A stretch of 64,000 bases of DNA, taken from NCBI RefSeq assembly GCF_964213995.1, contig NC_135817.1, positions 30,070,001 through 30,134,000 on the forward strand, in the 5' to 3' direction. The translations under genes were made by a program, and so were the position numbers. Under the pieces are notes generated by a model. The model had not been told where the DNA came from. It saw only the letters and a program-made list of their open reading frames with translations, and searched no databases. This document shows, piece by piece, positions 13,114 through 26,430 of this stretch (its first letter is position 1; every line of letters starts with the position of its first letter). Source of the DNA: Mustelus asterias (Eukaryota).

Positions 13114-14985
13114 CTAAGTTTCAACGACAAGTTAGAGTTGTAAATTTACAGTGGTACTGGTAGTATTAAAAGTCATTAACTCTGAAAAATAATTCAAAGA
13201 TCTCCACATTTTTCAAAACGTTTTTGCAGTAGCAAAAAGAATTACAGTGGTAGTAGGCAATCCCCCTTCGGGATTCTCTATGGTTATTTGACTTCATCTT
13301 CCAACCTCCATGGCCAGTAGTCAGGGATCAAAATAATTTTATTTTCTCGAGGGTTCTTTGAGATTTTCTGGAGGCCTAATTTTTGATTTTCGGGGTCTCC
13401 TTTTTTCCTCCATTCTCATTAACTCCATTATTAAACGTTGCAGTCAAGTAATAACATCACCATCTGTATTTGTGCCTTTTTTTCTTTAGAAAGACAAGAT
13501 AGCACAAATACAAAATGGAAAGAATCTACAATATATAGCAGCTCATCTAATCTAAAGCCAAAGATCAATTAGATCTAAATAATACGCTAGCCACATGTCA
13601 ATGCTATTGTTATTGCCCATTGTCATGTTATTGCCCATCCCCAATTACACACAAGAACCTTGGTGAGCCACCTCCTAGAATTTAACTGAGTGCTTGCTAG
13701 GCCATTTCAGAGGGCAGTTGGAGTTAACAACACTGATATGGGTTTGGAATTACATATAGGCCAAGCAGGGTAAGGATAATTTCTTTCCCTAAAAATCATC
13801 AGTGCATCAGATGTTTTTTATTACAACAATCCAGATTAATTAACTGAATCTAAGTTCCCTTGTGGGAAGGGAGTTCCTGCCTTCCTTTCATTAATTCAGG
13901 TTTCTGTATTACTAGTTGAATAAGGTGACCTACTCTGCTACCGCTCCCTGTCATGAACTGAACTAGTGTCAAATGTAAAAGCATCTTAGCACATTCTTAT
14001 CTTCACTACTCCAGGTCATATGTCCTGATACCCACTTACTTTAATGCCATATCAAATCAGGACCCAGGAGCCATTTACTCTTCAGTACTCTCCCCAAACA
14101 TAGGCTTCATTCACAGTGCAAACTGGAGTCAACTTGAAGGGATTTGGACACGAGTCACAGCGCAAGATATAGCTCAAAGTTGAGCTGACACTGGCACAAA
14201 GTGTGGTGAAGCATTCTGCAGGAGGGAGTTTTGCTCCCCATTCAATCTGGAGGCAATGTGGACTGCAGATTTTAATCCATTGAAAAATGGAAACTGCTTT
14301 CCAAAAATATTACAGTAGTAAATACAAATACAATTTTAGCAGCAACATAACTAAGGCCAGTAACACGCTTAGGGGTTAATGTAACAGGTATAAATAAAAA
14401 AGTTTAGTGGTTTAAAGAATGTAATCTGCAAGCATTTCAAATTAACAGTTCGAAATGATGGGGCTGAAAGCTTTGAAACAGTTCCCTGACAGGAATTGTG
14501 ATGTGGGTGTATTGCTCACATAAGCTCTTAATCTTCGTGGCCTCTCACTTTCTTCCCTGCTCAAGCTTGGACTCATGACTGCCGTAAGTTCCATAATGAA
14601 ATCTGTTTACCAGGAACTGGGCCTCACGTGTGTGCCATCCTTGTTCTGTCTCTCTCATATAAGAGGGCGACCTTTTTTTCATTTAGAATCTTAGAAACCC
14701 GACAGCATAGCACAGTCACCCCTTTTCCAAGGGTTTTGATGGCAATTTGCATGTTGTCTCCATATATTTTGAACCCTGCCACTAGTGTACTAAGCAAAGG
14801 CATTTGCAATTATCAAGTGATGTATTTCTGAAATTAGATACCTTTGAATAATTCCAACAAATATCTGATTTGGTGGCTTATAATGGTCCACCAGAGAAAA
14901 TAAAAGCTCAATGAATTAAAAATGTGGTTATTGTAGCAAACCTGTCCAAGGGGTCACTGCATCTCAAAGTCCATCATACAAACAG

Positions 14986-15170
14986 GAGAGGCAGTGGCAT
15001 AGTGGTATTGTCACTGGACTAGTGATCCAGAGACCCAGAGCAATGCTCTGGAGACCTGGGTTCAAATCCCACCATAGTAGATAGTGAAATTTAAATTCAA
15101 TAAAAATCTGGGAAAATTAGGGATGGGCAATAAATGCTGGTCCAGCCAGTAATGCCCACATCCCTGAACA
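14986..15170 (+). mobile_element. tRNA-derived SINE of a second family (internally deleted)
   Basis: A box gtggcatagtgg, B box gggttcaaatccc, tail gggatgggcaataaatgctgg, also seen at 448-510, ~13625-13945 (minus) and ~26240-26430 (minus). Confidence 0.7.
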
Positions 15171-15334
15171 AATAACATAGCCGCAGAGGTGTGGGTGAAG
15201 TAAGGTGTATAACCCACAGGATAAAATGTAATTGTCTCGATTAGACAGATTTTTAATCTAAAATGCAAATTGGAATATGTTTTAATTTTAGTCTATAGAT
15301 TACTATATAAAATTCATCACAATAATGTTTTTTA

Positions 15335-16815
15335 ACATAAGAAACTGGAATTAGGCCATTTGATCTGTTGGGTCTGCTCCACCATTCAATAAGATCATGG
15401 CTGATCGGATTGTGGCTTTAATACCATTTTCTTTCCTGTCTGCCAGAACCCTTGTTTCCCACATGTACCAAATATCTGTCTAATTCAGCCTCAAATCAAT
15501 AACCCAGCCTCCACAGACGAACAGCTCTTGGAGAATAAATTCCTCATCTCCATTTGTATGGGAGATTTTTTTAAAAAACTGTGTCACCATGTTCTAGCTT
15601 GTTCCACGAGGGGAAACATCCTTCCAGCATCTACTGTGTCAATCCCCTCAGAATCTTACGTGTTTTAATTAGGTCATAAATAATTGCAACCTCAGCACTG
15701 TTCCTTGTGGCATTTCACCAGTTGCAATTTGCCAAGCTGAAAATGACCTATTTTTCCCAACTCTGTCTCCTGTTAATTAGCCAATCCTCAATCTATGTTA
15801 AAAATCACCCCACCACCATGATCTATTTTATGCTGCAATCTTTTATGTGACATCTGATCAAATTCTTTTTGAAATCCAAATACAATACATCTACTGGTAC
15901 CCCTTTATCCAGCCTGCTTGTTACATCCTCAAAAAACTCTTAACGAACCATGTTGAATGTGCCTGATGCTATTATGATTTTCTAAATGTCCTGCTACATC
16001 CTCCTTCATAATGAATTCCAGCATTATCCCAATGACAGCTGTTAGTTAGGTTAACTGGCCTGTACCTTCCTGCTTTCTGTCACCCTCCTTTCTTGAGTAG
16101 TGGTGTTACATTTGCAGCTTTCCAGTCCTCTGGGATCTTTCCAAAATCGACAGAAATTTGGAAGATTACAACCAATTCATCCATGATCTCTGCAGCCAAT
16201 TCATCTAAGATTCTTGGAAGCAGGCCATCAGGTCCAGGGGAGCAGTCTTTAGTTCCATTACTTTTACTAGTACTTCCTCGCTGGTGATTGTAGTTGTTTT
16301 AAATTCCCCTCTCCCTTTTTACCACTGATTATCTAGTATTCTTGGATGCTTTAAGTGTCTTCTACTGTGAAGGCAGATACAAAATACTTGCTCAAATCCT
16401 CTGCCATTTCTTCGTTTCCCATTATTAATTCTCCAGTCTCAATATCTATGGGCCCAATGCTCACCATTGCCACTGTTCCCTCATGAAGCTTCAATCATCT
16501 GTTTTTAAATTTCTTGTTAATTTTCTCTCATACTCCAATCTTCATTTTTTTTTAGTTATCCTTTTGTGGTTTCTCAAATATTCCCAATTTTCTGACTTAC
16601 AGTTAATATTTACAGCATTGTATTACTTTTCTTTCAATTTGACACCATCTTTATTTAATATGCCATGGAAAGCATTTCTCCATGTGATATATTTTACTTG
16701 AATAATCTTAAATGTCTGCCATTGTTTTCTACCATCCTACCTGTTAACTTATTTTTCCAGTCCACTTTAGCCAACACTATGTTTATACCCTTTTAAAGGC
16801 CTTCATTGAAGTTTA
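15335..16815 (-). mobile_element. Old CR1 LINE, fragmented
   Basis: Reversed tail aacataagaaactggaattaggccatt; ccagtcctctggga (PEDW) and ccatcaggtccagggg (SPGPDG) on the minus strand. Confidence 0.78.
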
Positions 16816-16885
16816 AGATGCTAATTGCAGACTCAAGTTCCTCACCCTCACTGTAAAGCACTGCGGATTACACTTCGATATTGTA

Positions 16886-17101
16886 ATCATAGAATCCCTA
16901 CAGTGCAGAAGGAGGCCATTCGGCCCTTTGAGTCTGCACCGACTCTCCGAAAGAGTATCTTACCCAGGACCATCCTCCTCCCTCCATCCTATCTCCGTAA
17001 CCCCACGTATTTACCATGGCTAGTTCACCTTACCTGCACACATTTGGATGCTAAGGGGCAATTTAGCACGGCCAATCCACCTAACTTACACATCTTTGGA
17101 C
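16886..17101 (-). mobile_element. HE1/V-SINE 3' part
   Basis: Reverse-complemented tail atcatagaatccctacagtgcagaaggaggccatt. Confidence 0.82.
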
Positions 17102-17451
17102 TGGTGATGATCTGGTCAACAGAAATTGACATGCGCATTCACACCGATGTATTACGATCACAGATGAACCATTTGGGCAAAACATGAGATGGGTGGTACA
17201 TTCTGAAGTGTATCCCAACAACGGTTCTACAGCAACATTGGTACAGACAGACTTAATGTTTTACTATAAATGTAGCAGTTGGCTTTAGCAAGAACAACAC
17301 TGCAATTACGCTCAGGGAGTGTTTCTAAATCACAATAATAGAATTTAATGCATCTGGGAGACTGCTTATATAGGAATACATCTTTAATACTATTACTGCT
17401 ACATTCCATGACTATTTTTTAAATAAATTGTCTGCAAGCTAAATAACCTAC

Positions 17452-17504
17452 TGTGGATCACTGAGAGTCTCTGGAGTTTCCTTCAAGATGTAATCATATA
17501 GAAT
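17452..17504 (-). CDS. LTN1: Listerin exon 5
   Basis: cacag|ILYDYILKETPETLSDPQ|gtaggt; 53 nt; phase fits exon 6. Confidence 0.92.
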
Positions 17505-19050
17505 CTGTGAAACAGAAAAATTACAGCTACGTCATGCATCAAAAATAACTAAAGTACAATATCACAAACACATCAACAAAAGATTTATTGTTGGAATACA
17601 GCAAGTTTTAAAAACTAAGCTGAACAATTACATATTTATTTTACTTTCCTGCCAATAAATTTTAATTGTTTTACAACTACTAAAATGCACATACACTTAA
17701 AAACTGTGCTTAAAAGACAAGTCACTCTCCTTTGCATTTTTATTCTGAAATATCATATCCTGCTGACACTAATGACAGAATACATTTAGAGGAATTACAT
17801 AGACAGATGAATTGAATGCATCCCAATTTAGTGGCATTTCTATACATGTTAACTAATGGCTTTCATATTGCTTGGCTCAATGATTTGTATCGAATAACTG
17901 TATAATAATGTAAAGATGTAAGAAGAATTTATTTCCATTTCCCATTTGAAAGCAGTATCAATAAGATTTCATTGGCAGAGGTCACTGCTGCGCAACTCAT
18001 AGGACACAAGTTTGCTTTTGTAGTTCCTCACATAGCAAGTTCAGATCTCTACCATGCACCAAATGGAAAGGAGACATTTTCTCAAGACAAAAAGGAAACA
18101 CAACTGGTTTAAGTTATCAATTAACAAGTAGTCATAAGCTACTAGTATAGACCTAAGCGAACAATTATATTCATAGTTAAAAACAGAAGAGATAGAAAAC
18201 TTAATTTGTCTCTTTGTCTAAGCATTCATTTTTGACTAATTTAGTTACACCCCTGAAGTACATTGGGATGTTTATGTTACAGGTGTTAAAACAAATGCAC
18301 GTTGTTAATGACTTGTCAATCATTGTTCAGCTGTAATATATAATTTTGCCAATAGATGGCACTGGAATCAAATGTTTTAATGATAATTAAAAGTGAAACT
18401 GGAAAAGGGAAGGAGTTTGGCATAAAAACAATCTTAAAATATGTGTACAATAGAAACATGGAATGAATCAGTAGATCTGAAAATAGTTAAGATTTCTACA
18501 CAGGACATTGGGTCGGTACTGAGGAATAGTACATTTTGTAATTTTTGCCAATATGTCAGCATCAATTGCTTTCAGCTCAGCTACAGCACACTTGGATGCA
18601 GGGAAAAATTCCTGCTGCCATGAGGCTATGCCATCAGCCAAAACCACATTAGAATACTCTCAATTGCATTATAGTGATATTTTTAATTTTCCCTTTATGG
18701 ATTCCCAAAGATTCATAACGTAGAGCCAATTTGTGACCTCACACCCACAAGGACTTCAGTTGTCAATACGCAAACATATTTTGCAGAGAGCTTACCAGCC
18801 AATAAAGCAAAGAGACTTTTAAGCCATTAGGGTGTGCTGGATTGAAACACAGATGTCAGAGGCTACATCAATGGACAATCCAGCGCCAACTCCCCAACTT
18901 CCCTCTCTCTCCATACACCCGCCACCCCATGTTCTGGATCAATTTTGTGATCTGACATTTTGGGATGGGTTAAAGAGATAAATGCCCAGCATTTAATAGT
19001 TCGGTCAGTTATGCTACATTAATGGGCTTATTTTTACAATATGCGACAAG

Positions 19051-19388
19051 GGGCGGTACGGTAGCACAGTGGTTAGCACTGCTGCTTCACAGCTCCAGGG
19101 TCCTGGGTTCGATTCCCGGCTCGGGTCACTGTCTGTGTGGAGTTTGCACATTCTCCTCGTGTCTGCGTGGGTTTCCTCCGGGTGCTCCGGTTTCCTCCCA
19201 CAGTCCAAAGATGTGCGGGTTAGGTTGATTGGCCAGGTTAAAAATTGCCCCTTAGAGTCCTGAGATGCGTAGGTTAGAGGGATTAGCAAGTAAATATGTG
19301 GGGATAGGGCCTGGGTGGGATTGTGGTCGGTGCAGACTCGATGGGCCAAATGGCCTCCTTCCGCACTGTAGGGATTCTATGATCTATG
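19051..19388 (+). mobile_element. HE1/V-SINE, full length, young
   Basis: Intact A/B boxes, V-domain and tail; nearly identical to 53076-53416. Confidence 0.92.
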
Positions 19389-20159
19389 CACAAGGCGGCA
19401 AGTGAAAATGAGCATAAACAGTCAGCGCAGGGTTAAATCTGGCAATTTCTGACAACTTTATATAATGAAATAAGAAAATAATTATGTGAAGTTGTACGAA
19501 CTAAGGAATAGCACGATGGGGAAATTGGTCAGCTATTTGGTACAATATAAGCAAGGCTGACTCCGCATAACTTTAAGACTGTATGAGTAAATAAAACAAG
19601 ATAAGGTCAGGGATGACAGAGTCACCGACCTTCTTCTGTTACATCAAAGGACAAGCTAAGGGTATGAATGATGAGACAAAGAGTTCTAGGAGGTCAGCAA
19701 GTTATGACATGATTAATGACATTGCTTATGATTCTATTACTAATCGAATTCCTGAATATGCTCTGGTCACGCAAACTGATAATGATTATGTATAAATACT
19801 GAACTGATTCTTTGTGTAATTGCGGACTTGAGGAGGAATTAGCAAGTTGTACCAACTGCTCTCTGAACTCAAGTTTTCAGCCAAAACTGCATGCAGTCTT
19901 TCATAAATAAAGACTAAGTTATTTAGTCGGAACAAATTTTGTTGAGTCTTTCTATCACAGTCAAGAAGCAGGAAAGTTTCCACTTCAACAATTGGCCTGT
20001 GGCTGCCCAGGAAAAGCACAACAATGCAGCTCATGATGTTGGCTAAAATATAGAAGCCACATCAAACTGTCAATAACACAACTTTTTATATAACTCCTAA
20101 AAGGTCGGCATGCAAAATCTAACAAGAAATACCAAAGAGAAAGTCAGTTTAAAACTTAC

Positions 20160-20390
20160 ATTCATAATTTCTTCTTTACAAAAAGCCACAGCCTCTGGCT
20201 GTTTATTTAATGGAAAAGCAACTTGAAATGCTACTTTTGCTGCAGAGGCTGCTGGATTGTAGGTATCACACTGAGCAATAAGCCAGGGCCCCATAATATT
20301 CTTCAAATAAGGTGCTAAGTTTCGCTTTACTTGAAGGATGAGTAGTTCAAATGCCTGCTGTACTGCTTCTCGAACTCGACGGTCATGGTC
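20160..20390 (-). CDS. LTN1: Listerin exon 4
   Basis: cag|[15 protein letters not shown]...[19 protein letters not shown]...[11 protein letters not shown]|gtaagt; 231 nt. Confidence 0.96.
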
Positions 20391-21298
20391 CTGAAGTTGA
20401 GCAAACAGGAATTAATACCAAGCAGAAATTGCCATTCCCAAGTTTAAGGATGCTGACATTTTTGATAAACAATGAATAACAGCTGGCAGTAAGCAATAAA
20501 GAGTGAATGATTTTTCTTCTGTGCCTTATGCATTATCTAACTAGTAACATGTATTCAGTACACATGGATATTGTACAAAGTTTCAACCTCACCTCACTGA
20601 CCAAACTGAAAATATAAAAATGTTAATAAGTGTGGTGCTATTACTTAAACCTAACTTCCTTCCATGCACCCCTCTCAATAGGTCATCAGCAGGTTTATCC
20701 AGTAGGTAAATGAACCCAAACCAGGAACATCCCAGATGCAATCTGTGCATGGAATCATCTGAACTCAATGGAAGCATTAGGGTTGGGGATAGGGTCTTGG
20801 AGCCCTGAATTAGCAAGGGAGCAATCACCCATAGTTTCCCCTTTTGATTGCTAACCGGGCATATCTGCTCAGATATAGTGTGAATGTCAGGATTAGGATG
20901 ACCAAGTTATCCCGGGGTTGAACACATTCAGTATTCAGGTTCACACGTCAAGAATATCTACTTAAAGTAAGTACTAAAAGTTACTATGGCACAGTATCAT
21001 AGTAAGGAATAGAAAATTGGACGGGAAAAAATTAATGGAGCAAATTTAAGTTTTAAAAAATTATGAAGTATTCAAATATGATGAAATTATACATGGTGCC
21101 CCGGGCCCATTTAGGCCTCTCCACTTTATGCAATAGATTCAGAGAGGGCATGCAGATTACTTGTTTCAATCAACCACCAAGAAATGTGTAAGAACAGGAA
21201 AAGGATTTGCCATCCTTTTAGAAAGCAGCAAATCTCAGAGCCAAGATCGACATCCTGCTACGAATAAATTGCTGATCGACTGTACCTTGATTCAAGGT

Positions 21299-22116
21299 AC
21301 AACATCTTAAAATTAAAGTGTATTGAAAATCTCTTCTGTATTGTATTTTTGAAAACAAATACATTGACAATCTGCGCATTTATACACAAATAGCAATAAC
21401 CCTTTTAAAAAGGTTGCTACATCAATCCTTTGCATCAAGGCAAGTTAACAGACAGTGCAATCCAAGGAATCTTTCTGTTACGAGTTCAGCAAATTTGTAT
21501 TTTGGAATGCATAGTAAACATTGAAAATTTCAGCATTTTAAACAAAATGACCTTTAACAAACAGTGTCAATTTCAAAGAAGAAAAATCTTACAGTAGTAA
21601 GATCCAAGATTTAAGGTAAATGGTATTTTAATTATGTTATTAAGATACACAGGTGAACGGCATTGTTTAATTAAGTACTTTGAGCACTTCTAAAGATAAA
21701 CTTTTTCATTTAATTATGTAAGGTTCTTTTAAAATTCTGTTTTGTTACAATGTCCTTTAAGGGGCTATCAATTGGTTGAATTAGCTGTTTTTAATTTGTT
21801 AAATCGGTACTCAAAAAAGATGAGAGAGAAACTATTGGGATTAGTAGGTAGGAAGCAGATATATGTTGTGCTGCATTCTGTGAATAAACACATTGTCAAG
21901 AAAAGTTTGTGCGTTTGGTTTCATACTTCGCCAACTGGCTTTGGATCAATTTAACATTTATAAGTGTAAGTGCTAAATAAAGGAACAAAAGCACGCTAAT
22001 TGTTTTTAAAAGGGTTATCGCTGTGCGTGTATAAAATGTACAGATTGTCGATGTATTTGTTTTCAAAAATACAATACAGAAGAGATTTTTAATACACATT
22101 AATTTTAAGGTGTTGT
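21299..22116. repeat. Long inverted repeat (~113-bp arms, ~590-bp spacer)
   Basis: 21299-21411 is close to the reverse complement of 22003-22116. Confidence 0.88.
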
Positions 22117-23700
22117 TTCTTAGACAGTGGTAACTTCTAAGTTTGCTGATAAAGTGATTAATGTTTAAGCATGCCAATGTGTAGAAGTGAATATTGAAAC
22201 ACAACGATGCAGTCAGTGATTTGTAGCAATATTAGTGGAAGCTTAAAACAAATCAATTGTCTGTACTTCTGGCTACAGATAGTGCACAGTTGTTGTTTTG
22301 AGAGAATGTCAGTTGTAAAATTGCATTTAGACCAAGAGTCAAGAATATTAAGACACTAAAAAACACAGGAGAGGAACTAAAAGAACACAACAAAAATTCT
22401 CAAAAAAATAAAATTAAGAAGCCTCCTTCTGATAAATTAAATACAATGAAGGTAGGAATTATTTTTAAAAACAGATTTATTACAGATAAAAACATCTGTA
22501 TTCAAGAGACTTCAACAGAATTGTGGAGAATAAAACCCTGAAAACTCAAAATGGATCAATAAATTTTGGTCCACATTAAAAAATTGCAACTATATGACAT
22601 TTACATAAAGGTTTATGAAGAGAAGTAGTTATATTCTGGAATCTTAATACACCACTAGACCCAAGTGACCACAAGATATCTAGACTTTGTTCAGTCACAT
22701 GAAAACGCATGGCAGAAACTCGCAACCTCAGTAGATGTCATCCTCAAATCAAGCGACAGCCAATGACAACAATAACTAGAGTTAAATATGACAAGTATTG
22801 AGAAATGAAATATGTGAGTTACAGGTTAGTAATTAGAAACAATGTGGTTACAAACATTCTTAAATTGGGTTAAAACTCCTTTGCACGGTGGATGTGAACT
22901 ATGATAATACTAGACATTATTGGTGTTGTTTTCATGTTTATTGATTTGCAGACTCTAACTACAATATTAATGGTACTCCACTCCCCACCCCCATCTAATG
23001 ACAGTCTGCAGAGGGGAGGGTTAAATGTTTTAAAATGGGGAATTTATCCCCAACCTGGTTGCATATGCAACCTTTATCAATTTTACAGCAGTAGGTTTTA
23101 TGTTGACTGAGCATCTCTCTCCAGGACACTTCATAAACATATTTAAATCAGGCTCCCACAGTACAATGCAAGTCAATTTAATAGTTGCTACCTGGGTTCC
23201 CAGTGCAGCAAAGAAAGAAAAATGGGAGCTTCAAACTCAAGGCGATAAATGTCTTTTAACAGCACTTCTTATAGCTCAAGAGGAGCAGTACCCTCTAGGA
23301 AGCCTTTGGCCTGCCGATAACAGCCTCTCTCTTCACCAAACTACCCTACCAAGCCCCAACTTCATACTTCCTCCCTCCTGCAAAGGCCTCCCTCCACCCC
23401 AATCTCTCACTCCCTCTCCCCTACTAATTGTCAGGAACTGGCCCCAAGGGTCCCCAGTTCTGCAACTTGTTTTTCATACTCAACAACTCACTTGGTTACT
23501 GCCAGGTGGAGAATGGGAAATAAAAAAATTATAAGGTTAAAATGCAGAAGGAACGCCACACCCCTGGCTTTGTCAGGTTTCTATTGTTACCTTGTAAATA
23601 TTGAACCAAAGTCTCAGTTGTAGGCACAAGAGATATCACTTATTTGTTTGCATCCATTCAGTTTAAAACTTATGGGAATAATGAACACAAAGAAGCTTAC

Positions 23701-23799
23701 CAAGGAAATTTTGCAGTAAATCCTTGACCAATAAGGAAGAACTCCTTTAATACTTTCAGGGTGTTTCTCTTTGCACATTGTCCCAAACTCTTGCGCAGC
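23701..23799 (-). CDS. LTN1: Listerin exon 3
   Basis: ag|AAQEFGTMCKEKHPESIKGVLPYWSRIYCKISL|gtaagc; 99 nt. Confidence 0.95.
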
Positions 23800-24189
23800 C
23801 TTAGAAGAAACAGTGATTGAGTATTTGATGAGTAATTCAAGCATTAGTAAAATCAAACCTACTCCACACTGAAAATAATGTTAGTGAACTTCATAATTTC
23901 ACAGAATACAATTCTGTTCTATCAAATTTCACATGTTAATTGAACTCTACCTTCTATACACTGTACTTTTTAAATGATGGGTAATAAATAATTCTAGAAT
24001 AGCTTGAATCAGAACACTCAATTTACATTTATCTAAATAATTCACCTTTGATGCACTGCAAGACAACTTAAACCACAAAAGTAAATACAGCATTGTTGTT
24101 TCATTCAAAACTCAACTGAATGCAAGACTAAAAAGAACATCCAATATGCAATTTAATTAAAATAAAAAGAATTAACATTAAAGAGAATA

Positions 24190-24530
24190 TTTCATAACCT
24201 CAGGATATAGAACTTCAATTAAAGTACTTTATTAAAATGTAGCCACATTTGTAATGTCAGAAAACATGGCAGTCAATTTGCACATAGCAGGATCCCCCAA
24301 AACAGCAATGATACAAGCAGCCAGATAACCTGTGCTCTATAGATGCTGTAGGTGCTTTCCAAAGCAGAGAAAAAATACCTCCTCTTCTAATGGTGCTACA
24401 GGACATTTTACATCCAACTGAGTGAGCTGACAAGACCTCTGTTTAACATCTCATCTGAAAGATAGTATTTTAGACAGTGCAATATTCCCTCAGTGTATAG
24501 ATTATGTGTTCAAGAGTCTGGAGAACATGC
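24190..24530 (-). mobile_element. Deu-domain (SacSINE1-like) SINE, head interrupted by two PLE insertions
   Basis: Reverse complement of ...gtctttcagatgagatgttaaac...ggatgtaaaatgtcc...; head resumes at 25428-25480 and after 25581. Confidence 0.65.
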
Positions 24531-24534
24531 TGAA

Positions 24535-25427
24535 CATGATGTGGAGATGCCGGCGTTGGACTGGGGTAAACACAGTAAGAAGTCTCACAACACCAGGTTA
24601 AAGTCCAGCAGGTTTATTTGGTAGCAAAAGCCACTAGCTTTCGGAGTGCTTGCTGCTTTCATCAGGTGAGTGGGAGTTCTGTTCACAAACAGGGCACATA
24701 GACACAAACTCAATTTACAAAATAATGGTTGGAATGCGAGTCTTTACAGATAATCAAATCTCAAAGGTACAGACAATGTGAGTGGAGAGTGCGTTAAGCA
24801 CAGGTTAAAGAGATGTGTATTATCTCCGATGTGTATTGCCTCGGATGTCCCGAGGCATGGTACATTGGGGAGACCATGCAGACGCTACGACAGCGAATGA
24901 ATGAACACCGCTCGACAATCACCAGGCAAGAGCGTTCTCTTCCTGTTGGGGAACATTTCAGCGGTCACGGGCATTCGGCCTCTGATCTTCGGGTAAGCGC
25001 TCTCCAAGGTGGCCTTCACGACACACGACAGCGCAGAGTCGCTGAGCAGAGACTGATAGCCAAGTTCCGCACACATGAGGACAGCCTCAACCGGGATCTT
25101 GGTTTCATGTCACACTATCTGTAACCCCTATGACTTGCCTGGGCTTGCAAAATCTCACTAACTGTTCTGTCAAGAGACAATACACATCTCTTTAACCTGT
25201 GCTTAACGCTCTCTCCACTCACATTGTCTGTACCTTTGAGACTTGATTATCTGTAAAGACTCGCATTCCAACCATTATTTTGTAAATTGAGTTTGTGTCT
25301 TTATATGCCCTGTTTGTGAACAGAACTCCCACTCACCTGACGAAGGGGCAGCACTCCGAAAGCTAGTGGATTTTGCTACCAAATAAACCTGTTGGACTTT
25401 AACCTGGTGTTGTGAGACTTCTTATTA
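24535..25427. mobile_element. Penelope-like insertion with inverted terminal repeats and a GIY-YIG C-terminal fragment
   Basis: Left arm ~24575-24827 is the reverse complement of ~25175-25425; middle encodes CPEAWYIGETMQTLRQRMNEH...LNRDLGFMSHYL*; 11-bp TSD aacatgctgaa at 24524-24534 and 25428-25438. Confidence 0.92.
25334..25369 (+). ncRNA. Minimal hammerhead ribozyme in PLE terminus
   Basis: CAC-CTGACGA-A-GGGGC(AGC)ACTCC-GAAAGCTA-GTG. Confidence 0.72.
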
Positions 25428-25480
25428 AACATGCTGAATCCATAGTTGAATGATTGAGAAGCAAGAGTGCCACCACAAAG

Positions 25481-25580
25481 GGTCTTTGACAAAGGGACAT
25501 CTGGATTCGAAACGTCAGTTCTTTTCTCTCCTTACAGTTGCTGCCAGACCTGCTGAGATTTTTCAGTGTTTTCTCGTTTG
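25481..25580 (+). mobile_element. Short repeat of a second PLE-terminus-like family with a degenerate hammerhead
   Basis: TTGACAA-AGGGACATCTGGATTC-GAAACGTC...gctgccagacctgctgagattttt; 14-bp TSD gtgccaccacaaag at 25467-25480 and 25581-25594. Confidence 0.7.
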
Positions 25581-26430
25581 GTGCCACCACAAAGCCAAGT
25601 TTAAAATCCAATGCCAAGATTGAACTTGATAAAACCACACCCAAAAATCAATGTTAGCGGGTAGTCTAGCAATTGATCTTAATTGGTTTGGCATATAAAG
25701 AGGGTGGGAGGGAATGCCATCTTTGACCGGCAATTCATAAATACATTCAATCATATCAATCAGCAAGTTTGATCCCTGCCTGCAGCAGCTTGGCAATAGT
25801 GTGATTTCACCCCAAGTCACAAAGTTGTTCAATAGGTTCAAGGCCCGTTCCAGATGCTTTTGAGCGTATAATCGGAGCTCCAGTAATGAGTAAATGTATT
25901 GTTAAAGATTATATATTTTGAAGGAGAAGTTAAAGCGAAATCCTGGTTGTCTGGTTAGGTACTTGGGAACAGATATAGGTCATTCAGCCCCTCGAGCCTG
26001 CTGTGCTATTCCATTAGCTCAAAGCTGATCTGTACCTCCACTCCATTTGTTCCATATCTTCTGACAGCTTTTACAAAAAATCGATCAATTTTAGCCTTTG
26101 TCAATTTACACAACATTTTTTAGGGACCGGATTCTAAATATCCATAATACCTTGTGAAAAAGTGCCTCGTATTTCACTCGGAACTGGCATAGTTCCAATG
26201 TTAACAACATGTCCATGCCCCATTGTTTTATTTATTCTTTCATGGAATGTGGGCGTCACTGGCTAGGTCAACATTTGTTGTCCAACGCTAATTGCCCTCG
26301 AGAAGGTAGTGGTGAGCTTCCTTCTTGAACTGCTGCAGTCCATGTGGTGCGGGTACACCCACATTGCTGTCAGGAAGTGAGTTCCAGGATTTTGATCCAG
26401 CAAGAGTGAAGGAAAGGCAATATAGTTTCC

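Noticed and set aside
19051-19125. tRNA-like A/B boxes
   Set aside because: SINE heads that continue into the V-domain; no complete cloverleaf
19014-19349. Recurrent ORFs such as MVSTAASQLQGPGFDSRLGSLSVWSLHIL or LDCGRKPEHPEETHADT
   Set aside because: Translations of HE1/V-SINE copies, not genes
23100-23534. 144-aa plus-strand ORF in LTN1 intron 3
   Set aside because: Proline-rich low-complexity translation, probably of a decayed repeat; no splice or homology support
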